Shown here piece by piece: positions 16,445 through 24,180 of a stretch of DNA of 24,180 nucleotides. The first letter of the stretch is position 1. Every line of letters starts with the position of its first letter. Source of the DNA: an uncultured bacterium. GTDB lineage: Bacteria; Planctomycetota; Phycisphaerae; Sedimentisphaerales; Anaerobacaceae. Made by a program: the position numbers and the translations under genes. Below the pieces are notes generated by a model. That model was given only the letters and a program-made list of their open reading frames with translations. It was not told where the DNA came from and made no database searches. Location: the NCBI GenBank assembly GCA_965369645.1, contig CBDURK010000001.1:1-24180 (forward strand), in the 5' to 3' direction.

Positions 16445-17764
16445 ATGGCAGATAACGGCACAACTGAACGAGTTGTAATAACCGGAATGGGCATCGTTTG
16501 CCCTTTAGGCCACGGCGTAGAATCTCTCTGGCAGGCAATATTGACTGGCAAGAGCGGGATAGCTAAAACCACTATTTTCGATGCCTCGACGTTTCCTACC
16601 ACATTCGATGCCGAGGTCAAAGATTACGATTTTACGCAATACACTAATAATCCGAAGCTGCATCAGCACGGCAATCGTGGCTCCGGCTTTGTCATCGGCG
16701 CTACGGCCCAGGCCTGTAAACAGGCCGGGATTGATGTTGAAACAATAGAGCCAACCGACTCAATAGAGCGAAACAGATTAGGCATTTATCTCGGTGCAGG
16801 CGAAGGTTCTGTTGACAATGATGTGTTTTTCGCTGCAATCGCTGAGGCTTGGGACGCAGATACGAACGAAATGGACTGGGGAAAATGGGCACAGGTAGCT
16901 TTCACAAGAATGGATCCGATGTGTGAGCTTGAGCAGGAGCCGAATATGCCCGCTGCTCATATCGCTATGCTCACAGGTGCTCGCGGCCCGACAAGAAGCT
17001 GTCTGACCGCCTGCGCTGCCAGCACTCAGGCTGTCGGTGAAGCAACAATGCTAATCCGCAGAGGAGATGCGGATATAATGATAGCAGGCGGTGCACATTC
17101 GATGATACATCCGTTGGGCATTATGGGCTTCAATCGTCTTACCGCCCTATCGACGAGAAATGACAGTCCCCAAACGGCATCGAGGCCTTTCTCTGCTACC
17201 AGAGATGGCTTCGTCATCGGCGAAGGCGCAGCGATACTCATTCTCGAATCCCTAAGCTCGGCGAAAAAAAGAGGCGTTGAAATATTAGCTGAAGTTGTCG
17301 GCTACGGCAGCAGTTCGGATGCGTTCAGGATTACCGATATGCACGAAGAAGGCAGAGGTGCCGCACAGGCGATGATGGCGGCGCTTACTGACGCAGGTAT
17401 CAGCTATAAAGACGTAGATTACATAAACACCCACGGCACAAGTACCGCCGAAAATGATTTGATAGAGACCAAAGCCATAAAAGCGGTTTTCAAAGAAGAA
17501 GCAAAAAATACGCCTGCCAGCAGTGTCAAGAGTATGCTTGGGCACCTGATCGGTGCAACCGGCGCAGCCGAATTGATTACCTGTGTACTTGCAATAAGAG
17601 ACAATATCCTGCCGCCGACAATGAATCTGATGGATCCTGACCCTGAGCTTGATTTGGATTACGTGCCTCATAAGCCCCGGAAATGCCAGGTTGATATAGC
17701 AATGAATGAGTCGTTCGGTTTCGGCGGGCAAAATAACGTCGTAATTATTAAACGTTTCTCGTAA
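16445..17764 (+). CDS. fabF: Beta-ketoacyl-ACP synthase II-like ketosynthase (intact triad)
   Basis: C190 (GPTRSCLTAC), H330 (INTHGTST), H367 (KSMLGH) and SFGFGGQN. The start directly follows the previous stop (TAA-ATG). Confidence 0.92.
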   Translation: MADNGTTERVVITGMGIVCPLGHGVESLWQAILTGKSGIAKTTIFDASTFPTTFDAEVKDYDFTQYTNNPKLHQHGNRGSGFVIGATAQACKQAGIDVETIEPTDSIERNRLGIYLGAGEGSVDNDVFFAAIAEAWDADTNEMDWGKWAQVAFTRMDPMCELEQEPNMPAAHIAMLTGARGPTRSCLTACAASTQAVGEATMLIRRGDADIMIAGGAHSMIHPLGIMGFNRLTALSTRNDSPQTASRPFSATRDGFVIGEGAAILILESLSSAKKRGVEILAEVVGYGSSSDAFRITDMHEEGRGAAQAMMAALTDAGISYKDVDYINTHGTSTAENDLIETKAIKAVFKEEAKNTPASSVKSMLGHLIGATGAAELITCVLAIRDNILPPTMNLMDPDPELDLDYVPHKPRKCQVDIAMNESFGFGGQNNVVIIKRFS

Positions 17765-17805
17765 TTCATGCTCCGGGGGGCCGAGCCACGAGCCGCGAAA
17801 TATGT

Positions 17806-17834
17806 TTGACGTTATCTCCATAGGGCTGTACACT
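17806..17834 (+). promoter_or_regulatory. Putative sigma70-type promoter of the lipoprotein gene
   Basis: TTGACG-N17-TACACT, with RBS AGGAG at 17898-17902 before ATG 17910. Confidence 0.55.
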
Positions 17835-17909
17835 TCGAAATATCCGATAAGCTGGGTGTTTTGATTTTATAATCAGCTTCGACAGCGGCGAACTAACAGG
17901 AGTGAAAAT

Positions 17910-18371
17910 ATGAAAAAGTTAGTTATTTTAAACCTGGTTTTGCTTATTTTTACGGTGGTTTTTTGTGGGTGCCAGACTCCTGTCAAAGGGCCTTCCGATA
18001 AGCAGTTAATTAACACTACGATGACCGAGTGGAAAGCCGCTCTTGAAGCTAAGGATTTGGACAGGCTAATGGCGTTGTTTTCTGAGAGTTACGTTTCTTC
18101 CAGCGGCAGCAGCAAGGTGGCGATGCGTGAGAGCATAGCAGGTGCAATCGAGCGGGGCTCATTAGATAACATTGTAATCAAAATCGAAAACGCCCAACTA
18201 ACACTTTTAGGCGACCAGGCCACGTTTGGTCCTGTTGAAATTACTTCTGACAGAGGTACGTTAACAATAGAATACACACTGCATAGAGAAGACGTTAAAT
18301 GGCTAATCGTAAGCTCTAAACGTCATGAAAATAGCTTTAGAGTAAGGTTCCTGAACTACGCACGATTATAA
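17910..18371 (+). CDS. Lipoprotein with NTF2/SnoaL-like (DUF4440-like) domain
   Basis: Signal peptide MKK plus a hydrophobic stretch and lipobox-like VFCG-C21. EWKAALEAKDLDRLMALFSESY followed by beta-strands ending ...KWLIV fits the NTF2-like pattern. Confidence 0.65.
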   Translation: MKKLVILNLVLLIFTVVFCGCQTPVKGPSDKQLINTTMTEWKAALEAKDLDRLMALFSESYVSSSGSSKVAMRESIAGAIERGSLDNIVIKIENAQLTLLGDQATFGPVEITSDRGTLTIEYTLHREDVKWLIVSSKRHENSFRVRFLNYARL

Positions 18372-18439
18372 AAAAAACTGATATTTGACCTGCCTGCTAA
18401 ATAATATACTGACAACCTAATTAGTAATACCAAAATACC

Positions 18440-19714
18440 ATGATTGATATTAAACAAATACGCGAAAATCCTGAGAAGTTTAAGAAAACCGCCAAAGATA
18501 AACACTTCAATGTCGATATCGACAGATTGCTCGATTTAGACTCGCAGCTTTTGTCGATGAAAAAAGAACTTCAGGATATTTCCACCGACAAAAACCGTAT
18601 CGGCAGGTCAATTCCAAGGCTGTCAGGCGATGAAAAACAATCTGCACTATCGCAGCTTTCACAATTGAAACAGCAGGAAGCCGGATACGATGAAGACGCC
18701 CGGAAACTTCAGCCGGAATTTACAGAGCTTATGCAGCAGGTGCCTCAGCCGACCGACGATGATGTGCCGTTGGGTAAAGATGATACGGAAAACATCGAGA
18801 TAAGAAAAGAAGGACAAATCCGGCACTTTGATTTTGAACCCAAAGACCATCTACAGTTGGCTCTGGCTTTGGGTATGGTAGATATCGAACGAGGCGTAAA
18901 AATTGCCGGCAGCAGAAATTATTTTCTCAAAGGTGACGGCGCCTTATTGCACTGGGCGGTTCTGCGGTTTGCGATGGATTATATGGTCGGCAAGGGTTAT
19001 GTTCCCATGTCGGTGCCGCTTCTTATGAAAGATGAGGCGATGAAAGGCACCGGTTACTATCCCGGCTCCGAAGAGCAGACCTACAGGATGGAAAGGGACC
19101 AGCTCAATCTTGTGGGCACAGCCGAGGTCCCGCTGACGGCCTTCCGTATGGGCGAGATATTAAGCACTGAAGAGCTGCCCTTGAAGTATGTGGCACAATC
19201 GAGCTGCTTCAGGCGCGAAGCCGGGGCCGCAGGAAAAGACACCTATGGCCTTTACAGAATCCACCAGTTCGATAAGGTCGAGCAGGTGGTCATCTGTGAA
19301 AACAGCATAGAAGAAAGCAACAAGTTTCACGAAGAGATTTTAGCCAATGCTGAGGCGGTCATGCAGGCTCTGGAGCTGCCCTACCGTGTTGCAAATGTCT
19401 GCACAGGCGACCTCGGCAGAGGTCAGGCGAAAAAGTTCGATATTGAGGCATGGATGCCATCGCGAGGCAGCTATTGTGAAACACACAGCGCAAGTAAATT
19501 CTATGAGTTCCAGTCAAGACGGATGAACCTTCGATACAAAGACCCCGCCACAAAGAAAAACCATTTCTGTCACCCGCTGAACAACACCGTCATCGCTTCA
19601 CCTCGAATACTGATACCTATCCTGGAGCTTTACCAGCATTCCGACGGCTCGATAACGGTACCTAAGGTCCTGCGGCCATATATGAACAAAGATACAATCA
19701 CTAAACAATCATAG
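18440..19714 (+). CDS. serS: Serine--tRNA ligase
   Basis: MIDIKQIRENPE start with N-terminal coiled coil, GTAEVPL, motif 2 FRREAG...GLYRIHQFDKVEQ, DIEAWMP and motif 3 LNNTVIASPR. Confidence 0.97.
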   Translation: MIDIKQIRENPEKFKKTAKDKHFNVDIDRLLDLDSQLLSMKKELQDISTDKNRIGRSIPRLSGDEKQSALSQLSQLKQQEAGYDEDARKLQPEFTELMQQVPQPTDDDVPLGKDDTENIEIRKEGQIRHFDFEPKDHLQLALALGMVDIERGVKIAGSRNYFLKGDGALLHWAVLRFAMDYMVGKGYVPMSVPLLMKDEAMKGTGYYPGSEEQTYRMERDQLNLVGTAEVPLTAFRMGEILSTEELPLKYVAQSSCFRREAGAAGKDTYGLYRIHQFDKVEQVVICENSIEESNKFHEEILANAEAVMQALELPYRVANVCTGDLGRGQAKKFDIEAWMPSRGSYCETHSASKFYEFQSRRMNLRYKDPATKKNHFCHPLNNTVIASPRILIPILELYQHSDGSITVPKVLRPYMNKDTITKQS

Positions 19715-19730
19715 CTGAAGGAACCTGATT

Positions 19731-20147
19731 ATGACTAAGGAAGAGATTCTTGAATTTGCGACCAACAATCCTGTTTTCAGCCTTGCTACGACTGACGGCA
19801 ATCAGCCTCACGTTCGTCTAATAATGTTGTATCGGGCCGATGAAGATGGGATTATCTTTTGTACCGGCCGGGACAAAGATGTTCACGCGCAACTGCAAGC
19901 CAATCCCGCTGTCGAAATGTGCTTTTATAATGCCGATGATGGCCGACAGATCCGTATCGAAGGTACTGTCGAGATGCTCGACGATTTGGAACTTAAAATG
20001 CAGGTCGTCGAACAATTCTCTTTCTTAGAACCCTGGGTCGAGAGCGAGGGCTACGAAATCTTAATCCCGTTTTGTCTCAAAAACGGCAAAGCCGTAACCT
20101 GGACAATGGAAACAAACTTAAAGCCAAAACAATACATTCAGCTTTGA
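19731..20147 (+). CDS. Pyridoxamine 5'-phosphate oxidase-like FMN-binding split-barrel protein
   Basis: LATTDGNQPHVR, IFCTGRDKDVHAQLQANPAVEMC and QIRIEGTV. Confidence 0.85.
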   Translation: MTKEEILEFATNNPVFSLATTDGNQPHVRLIMLYRADEDGIIFCTGRDKDVHAQLQANPAVEMCFYNADDGRQIRIEGTVEMLDDLELKMQVVEQFSFLEPWVESEGYEILIPFCLKNGKAVTWTMETNLKPKQYIQL

Positions 20148-20310
20148 CATATACTGGACTTGCACAAACTTATTTCTGGAAATAGAAGGAATCGACAATG
20201 TTTTTTTGTCATTATAACGAAAAAGAAAAATTGATGCTTTACAAGTAATATCCTTCATTTCAAAATATTTGTTATTTCTTTCTACGAATCTTTTAATGAC
20301 TAAATTTTCC

Positions 20311-20339
20311 TTGAGCCTTACCTTTTTATTCTGTAGTCT
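20311..20339 (+). promoter_or_regulatory. Putative sigma70-type promoter of comEC
   Basis: TTGAGC-N17-TAGTCT, with the -10 ending 8 nt before ATG 20348. Confidence 0.45.
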
Positions 20340-20347
20340 ATTCGGCA

Positions 20348-22918
20348 ATGGACGAGATACAGAGGAAATTAGCGCAGATAGACCGGCAATTAACCGGCAT
20401 AAATCTTCATAAGCGAATCATAAGCACCTGCCCTCTTGTATTTGTCGCAATAGGTCTCATAGCCGGAATTCTCTTGCAGAGCGTTTTACTTGAGTCACGG
20501 CTTCTCTGGCTCTGGCTGCTACTATTATCACTGGGCCTGCTTTTAGCGGTTGTATTCTTTGTTATCCAGACAAAGGGCAAACTGAGCGCTTACACACCTT
20601 TGCTCTTAAGCTCTACTGCTCTGGTTTGTTTTCTGTGTCTTGGTGCGATTCGGCTGATAAGTTTTCATCAGCCAAAGTCGAATGATATTCGTAACCTCCT
20701 CGCGGACGAATCAAAACTGGCGGTCATTCGCGGGATGATTATGACCGAGCCCTACATTAACAAAAATCAGAACTGGAAATTTGCAAGATTCAAGCCCGGC
20801 GGCCCGTCGAGCAGTTTCTACCTCAAAATCGCAGAAGTTGAAACCGCCGACGGCTGGGCTATTGTCGCCGGCACTATTCGATTGTATGTAAGTGAGCCAG
20901 TTTTGGATTTGAACGCCGGCGATTCCATACAGGCATATTGCTGGCTTGACAGATTCGGCCCCCCTACCAATCCCGGCCAGTTCGATACGGCAAAATATCT
21001 GGCGAGGAAAAATATCTTTATCGCCGCATTTGTAAAATCACGGGATGGCATTAAATTGCTGCAAAACACCCCCGCTCCTTTTTTTACAAAGCTAAATAAC
21101 AGGATAAGACAATCGGCTTCCCGAGCATTATTGGATACTCTCTCACCGGAAGAGTCGAACCGAGGTTTGCTGGAGGCTTTGCTGTTGGGCTATAGGGGAA
21201 ATATCGACAGTAACACTTACATGGCATTTCGCAAAACCGGCCTCCTGCACTTTATCAGCCTCTCGGGAATGCACCTGGGTGTTTTGATAGGAATGGTCTG
21301 GTGGCTGTGTAAAACAGCAGGTTTAATGAAGCCTGCGCGGGCGGTCATTTGTTTAATTGCGTTAGCTGTATTTTTGTTAGTTGTACCGCCGCGAGCACCA
21401 ACGCTAAGGGCGGCTATTATTTGCTGTGTTTTCTGTATATCAATTCTTTTTCGAAGGCATTCCAATCCCGTCAACACATTATCATTAGCGGCAATAATTC
21501 TTTTACTTATAAGGCCTACACATATATTCGAGGCCGGCTGGCAACTCTCGTTCGGAGCAGTGCTTGCTATTGTGCTGTTTTCAGACCGAATATACTTCTT
21601 TATGTACGAAAAAATAACGAGTTTGTCCTGGCGTAAGAAAAAGCAGAAGACAAAACTGATTTTCTCCATAATTTCAAAATCTTGGCCATATTTACTAAGG
21701 CTGTTTTCTGTGGGGCTTGCCGCCTGGCTGGGCGGGGCAGGTATTTTACTAAACCATTTTTATACAATCACACCGCTGGCGAGCATCTGGACGTTACTGG
21801 TCTTTCCTTTAGTAAGTCTAATCCTGATATTGGGATATTTGAAGATAATCTTGTTTTTCCTTTTACCAACATTAAGTGCCGTCCTGGGTTTTATAGTTGC
21901 TATCCTGTCTAACTGGCTTATTTGGATAGTGGAGCTTATCGCAAAGCTGGATATGTCACAAATACTGATAGGCCAGGTTCCGCTTATGCTGGTCATTCTC
22001 TATTACGGTATAATTATTTTTGTCGGCTTTGTATATTTTCGGCGTCCCCAGATAAAGAAAATAATCTGCACGGTGATGTTTTCGGCAATGATTATTTTCC
22101 TTGTCACTACGAAATGGCAAAGGACATATCGGGACGAATTGGTTGTCACCTTCCTTGATGTTGGTCACGGCCAGGCAATATTCGTTCGCCTTCCTGGCAA
22201 AGCCAACATTTTATTTGATACCGGCTCGCGGAGCAGAAGCGATATTGGCGGGCGGGTTGTTAATCCATTCTTAGACTACAACGGAATAAATAAAATCGAT
22301 GCCATTTTCATAAGCCATAACGATACAGACCATATCAATGGAATACCAGAGGTCATAGAACACTGCAAGGTCGGCTGTGTTTACACCAATAATGATTTTT
22401 TTGGCAGGACTGACCAATGGGGCACTGAAAAATATCTCAATGACTATCTAATAGAAAAAGGTTTAACAATTAAAGCCCTGAACAGTGAATTGAATTTAAG
22501 CAGCCGTGCTGATATTAAAATACTCTGGCCAAGCGAAGAGGCATCTAAGAATAAGGGTTTAGGGGATAATGATAAATCTCAGGTTTCATTGATAGAATTT
22601 GCCGGCAGAAAGGTGCTTCTGTGCTCAGACATTGAAAAATATGCACAGCGAGAGCTACTCCGGCTGTATCCGGACCTGAAAGCCGATATTGTTTTTGTTC
22701 CTCATCACGGCTCGCTCAGTACGTTAGGTGATGATTTTTTAAGAAAACTCGATCCGGATATTTTGATATACAGTTGTGACCGAACCCAATACGAAAGACG
22801 ATTACGTATAATTAAGAAAGATGATAGTGCCGAGTCGTTCTATACCTCTAAGCATGGAACTGTTGTTGTTTGTATCAACAGGAATGGCTTGATAAGCACT
22901 AAAACATTTGTGCCTTAG
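20348..22918 (+). CDS. comEC: DNA internalization competence protein ComEC/Rec2 (OB-like, competence and MBL-fold domains)
   Basis: NPGQFD, LLLGYR, F..TGLLHFISLSGMH, LRAAII, GWQLSF, FLDVGHG, SHNDTDH and VPHHGS. Confidence 0.93.
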   Translation: MDEIQRKLAQIDRQLTGINLHKRIISTCPLVFVAIGLIAGILLQSVLLESRLLWLWLLLLSLGLLLAVVFFVIQTKGKLSAYTPLLLSSTALVCFLCLGAIRLISFHQPKSNDIRNLLADESKLAVIRGMIMTEPYINKNQNWKFARFKPGGPSSSFYLKIAEVETADGWAIVAGTIRLYVSEPVLDLNAGDSIQAYCWLDRFGPPTNPGQFDTAKYLARKNIFIAAFVKSRDGIKLLQNTPAPFFTKLNNRIRQSASRALLDTLSPEESNRGLLEALLLGYRGNIDSNTYMAFRKTGLLHFISLSGMHLGVLIGMVWWLCKTAGLMKPARAVICLIALAVFLLVVPPRAPTLRAAIICCVFCISILFRRHSNPVNTLSLAAIILLLIRPTHIFEAGWQLSFGAVLAIVLFSDRIYFFMYEKITSLSWRKKKQKTKLIFSIISKSWPYLLRLFSVGLAAWLGGAGILLNHFYTITPLASIWTLLVFPLVSLILILGYLKIILFFLLPTLSAVLGFIVAILSNWLIWIVELIAKLDMSQILIGQVPLMLVILYYGIIIFVGFVYFRRPQIKKIICTVMFSAMIIFLVTTKWQRTYRDELVVTFLDVGHGQAIFVRLPGKANILFDTGSRSRSDIGGRVVNPFLDYNGINKIDAIFISHNDTDHINGIPEVIEHCKVGCVYTNNDFFGRTDQWGTEKYLNDYLIEKGLTIKALNSELNLSSRADIKILWPSEEASKNKGLGDNDKSQVSLIEFAGRKVLLCSDIEKYAQRELLRLYPDLKADIVFVPHHGSLSTLGDDFLRKLDPDILIYSCDRTQYERRLRIIKKDDSAESFYTSKHGTVVVCINRNGLISTKTFVP

Positions 22919-23021
22919 TAGAGATGTTGACATTATGGGCTTTACAAACCCAACGTAAGATCGTACATGGTCTGGCAATCGCCTTGTGTAACAAATTTCA
23001 CACAATACGCAATAAAAAGCG

Positions 23022-23681
23022 TCACCTCATATGCACTACGATTTCGACTCTCCGGTTTCTTGCTTTACCGCTTGAGTTTGAATTGGAAGCTATAGGTTGG
23101 CTTTGTCCTCGGCCGGTTGCCTGAATTTTTTCTTCAGAAATTCCCTTTTTAACGAGGTATCTAACTACGGAAAGAGCGCGTTGAGCGGAAAGTTCCCAGT
23201 TGTCCTTCCATTTCGATTTTTTGATAGGATCTGTGTCGGTATGGCCGACAACATCTACTTGTTTGCTGGAGTATTTGCTCCGCAATACTGAATAAATATG
23301 GTCAAGCTCTGTACTGGTTGCTCTTTTTAATACGGCTTTTCCCGAAGCGAACAATATTGCATTCGGCAGTGTTACCGTAATCGTTCCTTTGGAAGGGTCG
23401 AGTGAAACATCATAGCCCTCTCCAAAGCCGGTCACGTCACCGGGTGTTTTGCTGCGTTCTTCAATTTGTCTTTGAAGCTCTTCGATTGTCATCTGATCTT
23501 GTGAAATGCGGTCGGCAAGCTGGCCTTTTTCTCCTCTTTCGCGTTCGAGCAGACCTTTTATGTTCTCGTGCTCGACGCTCAGGGCTTTATATTTTTTCTC
23601 CCAGTTGGTACAGCCGGGCAAAAGGACAAGTGCTGCAAGACAAGTCACCAGGGCAGCAGTTTTTTTGTTGGTAGTCCGCAT
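23022..23681 (-). CDS. OmpA/MotB-family peptidoglycan-binding lipoprotein with N-terminal coiled coil
   Basis: Lipobox LLPG-C24, coiled coil, then ILFASG, VVGHTD, NWELSAQRA, GRGQSQP and NRRVEI. RBS AAGGAG at 23689-23694 on the minus strand. Confidence 0.88.
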   Translation of the reverse strand: MRTTNKKTAALVTCLAALVLLPGCTNWEKKYKALSVEHENIKGLLERERGEKGQLADRISQDQMTIEELQRQIEERSKTPGDVTGFGEGYDVSLDPSKGTITVTLPNAILFASGKAVLKRATSTELDHIYSVLRSKYSSKQVDVVGHTDTDPIKKSKWKDNWELSAQRALSVVRYLVKKGISEEKIQATGRGQSQPIASNSNSSGKARNRRVEIVVHMR

Positions 23682-23720
23682 TGTTTATCTCCTTATAATG
23701 TTGAGTTTATTTTTCCAGAT

Positions 23721-24180
23721 TCAATGATCAAACACAAAACTCATGTAATCGCGAATCCAATCATGTAGAATAATAACAACAAATATACCTAAAGACAAGA
23801 ATGGACCGTAAGGAATTTGTTTAATTTTTTTAAAAAACATTTGAAAACCCGCCCAGGTCAGTCCAAAGAATGGTGCTATAAAGAACGCCACCACAACGTA
23901 AACGGGCCCTATTACCGCTCCTGCGGCTCCCATCAGATGCACATCGCCGAGCCCCATTGCTTCTTTTCCGAAACCCAGTGTGCCGAAAATCCGGATACCC
24001 CAGACGATTCCGCAACCAACAAAATAACCCCACACACTGCCCAGAAGTCCTGCAATGGCAGGATGTTGTGAAAAACTCTCCCACCAGGTGCCTACTGCTG
24101 CAAATTCTCTGACTATCCAAAAACACCCCACCGAACAGATGATTATCGGAAGCAGGAAGACGATTTCCCTGCACGCCTCC
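23721..24180 (-). CDS. Prepilin peptidase (A24 family), C-terminal part; open to the right edge
   Basis: The frame stays open to 24179 (EACREIVFLLP...). Contains KEAMGLGDVHLMGAAGAVIG (GxGD catalytic Asp) and the C-terminal QIPYGPFL motif. Confidence 0.85.
   Translation of the reverse strand, partial: EACREIVFLLPIIICSVGCFWIVREFAAVGTWWESFSQHPAIAGLLGSVWGYFVGCGIVWGIRIFGTLGFGKEAMGLGDVHLMGAAGAVIGPVYVVVAFFIAPFFGLTWAGFQMFFKKIKQIPYGPFLSLGIFVVIILHDWIRDYMSFVFDH

Noticed and set aside
17770-17786. GC-rich bulged hairpin after the KS stop as a terminator
   Set aside because: Short bulged stem and no following U-tract.
17285-17833. 182-aa minus-strand ORF
   Set aside because: Antisense to the ketosynthase 3' end with no domain signature.
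17910-18371. NTF2/SnoaL-like protein as polyketide cyclase of the KS/CLF cassette
   Set aside because: It has a lipoprotein signal (exported) plus its own promoter and RBS 145 bp downstream, which does not fit a cytoplasmic ACP-bound cyclase.
18385-18410. TTGACC...TATACT upstream of serS
   Set aside because: The spacer is only 14 nt, too short for a canonical sigma70 promoter, so it was not called.
20118-20348. 76-aa minus-strand ORF in the AT-rich spacer before comEC
   Set aside because: TTG start, no RBS, overlaps both neighbours and the comEC promoter, and has no motif.
22984-23005. CRP-like TGTAA-N6-TCACA / TTGTGT-N10-ACACAA dyad
   Set aside because: It lies between two convergent 3' ends where an activator site makes little sense. 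At best a weak terminator hairpin without a U-tract.

Overview
Gene-dense bacterial chromosomal window, Planctomycetota-like and probably Phycisphaerae/Sedimentisphaerales-type (inferred from the gene families; no database search was run). I found no rRNA, tRNA, CRISPR array or mobile element. (1) A tightly packed minus-strand run (11739 to <1) encodes a 7-TM-fused HflK-like SPFH protein, HflC, HflK, an atypical P1B-type metal ATPase, an ABC ATPase with a long disordered tail, an ABC-2 permease, a membrane-anchored 595-aa unknown protein and a UvrD/PcrA helicase (truncated by the edge). A second, orphan ABC-2 permease is transcribed divergently, and the shared intergenic region contains a perfect 10-13-10 palindrome. 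(2) An ArgA-like GNAT is divergent from a compact type II FAS/PKS-like cassette: FabZ, elongated ACP, FabZ, catalytically degenerate CLF-like KS and an intact KS, with no ketoreductase. (3) Housekeeping and envelope genes follow: NTF2-like lipoprotein, serS, PNPOx-like FMN-binding protein, comEC, OmpA/MotB-like lipoprotein and a partial prepilin peptidase. The best candidates for an undescribed system are the FtsH-less three-subunit SPFH cage coupled to a P1B-ATPase and ABC module, and the KS/CLF plus double-FabZ plus long-ACP cassette of unknown product.
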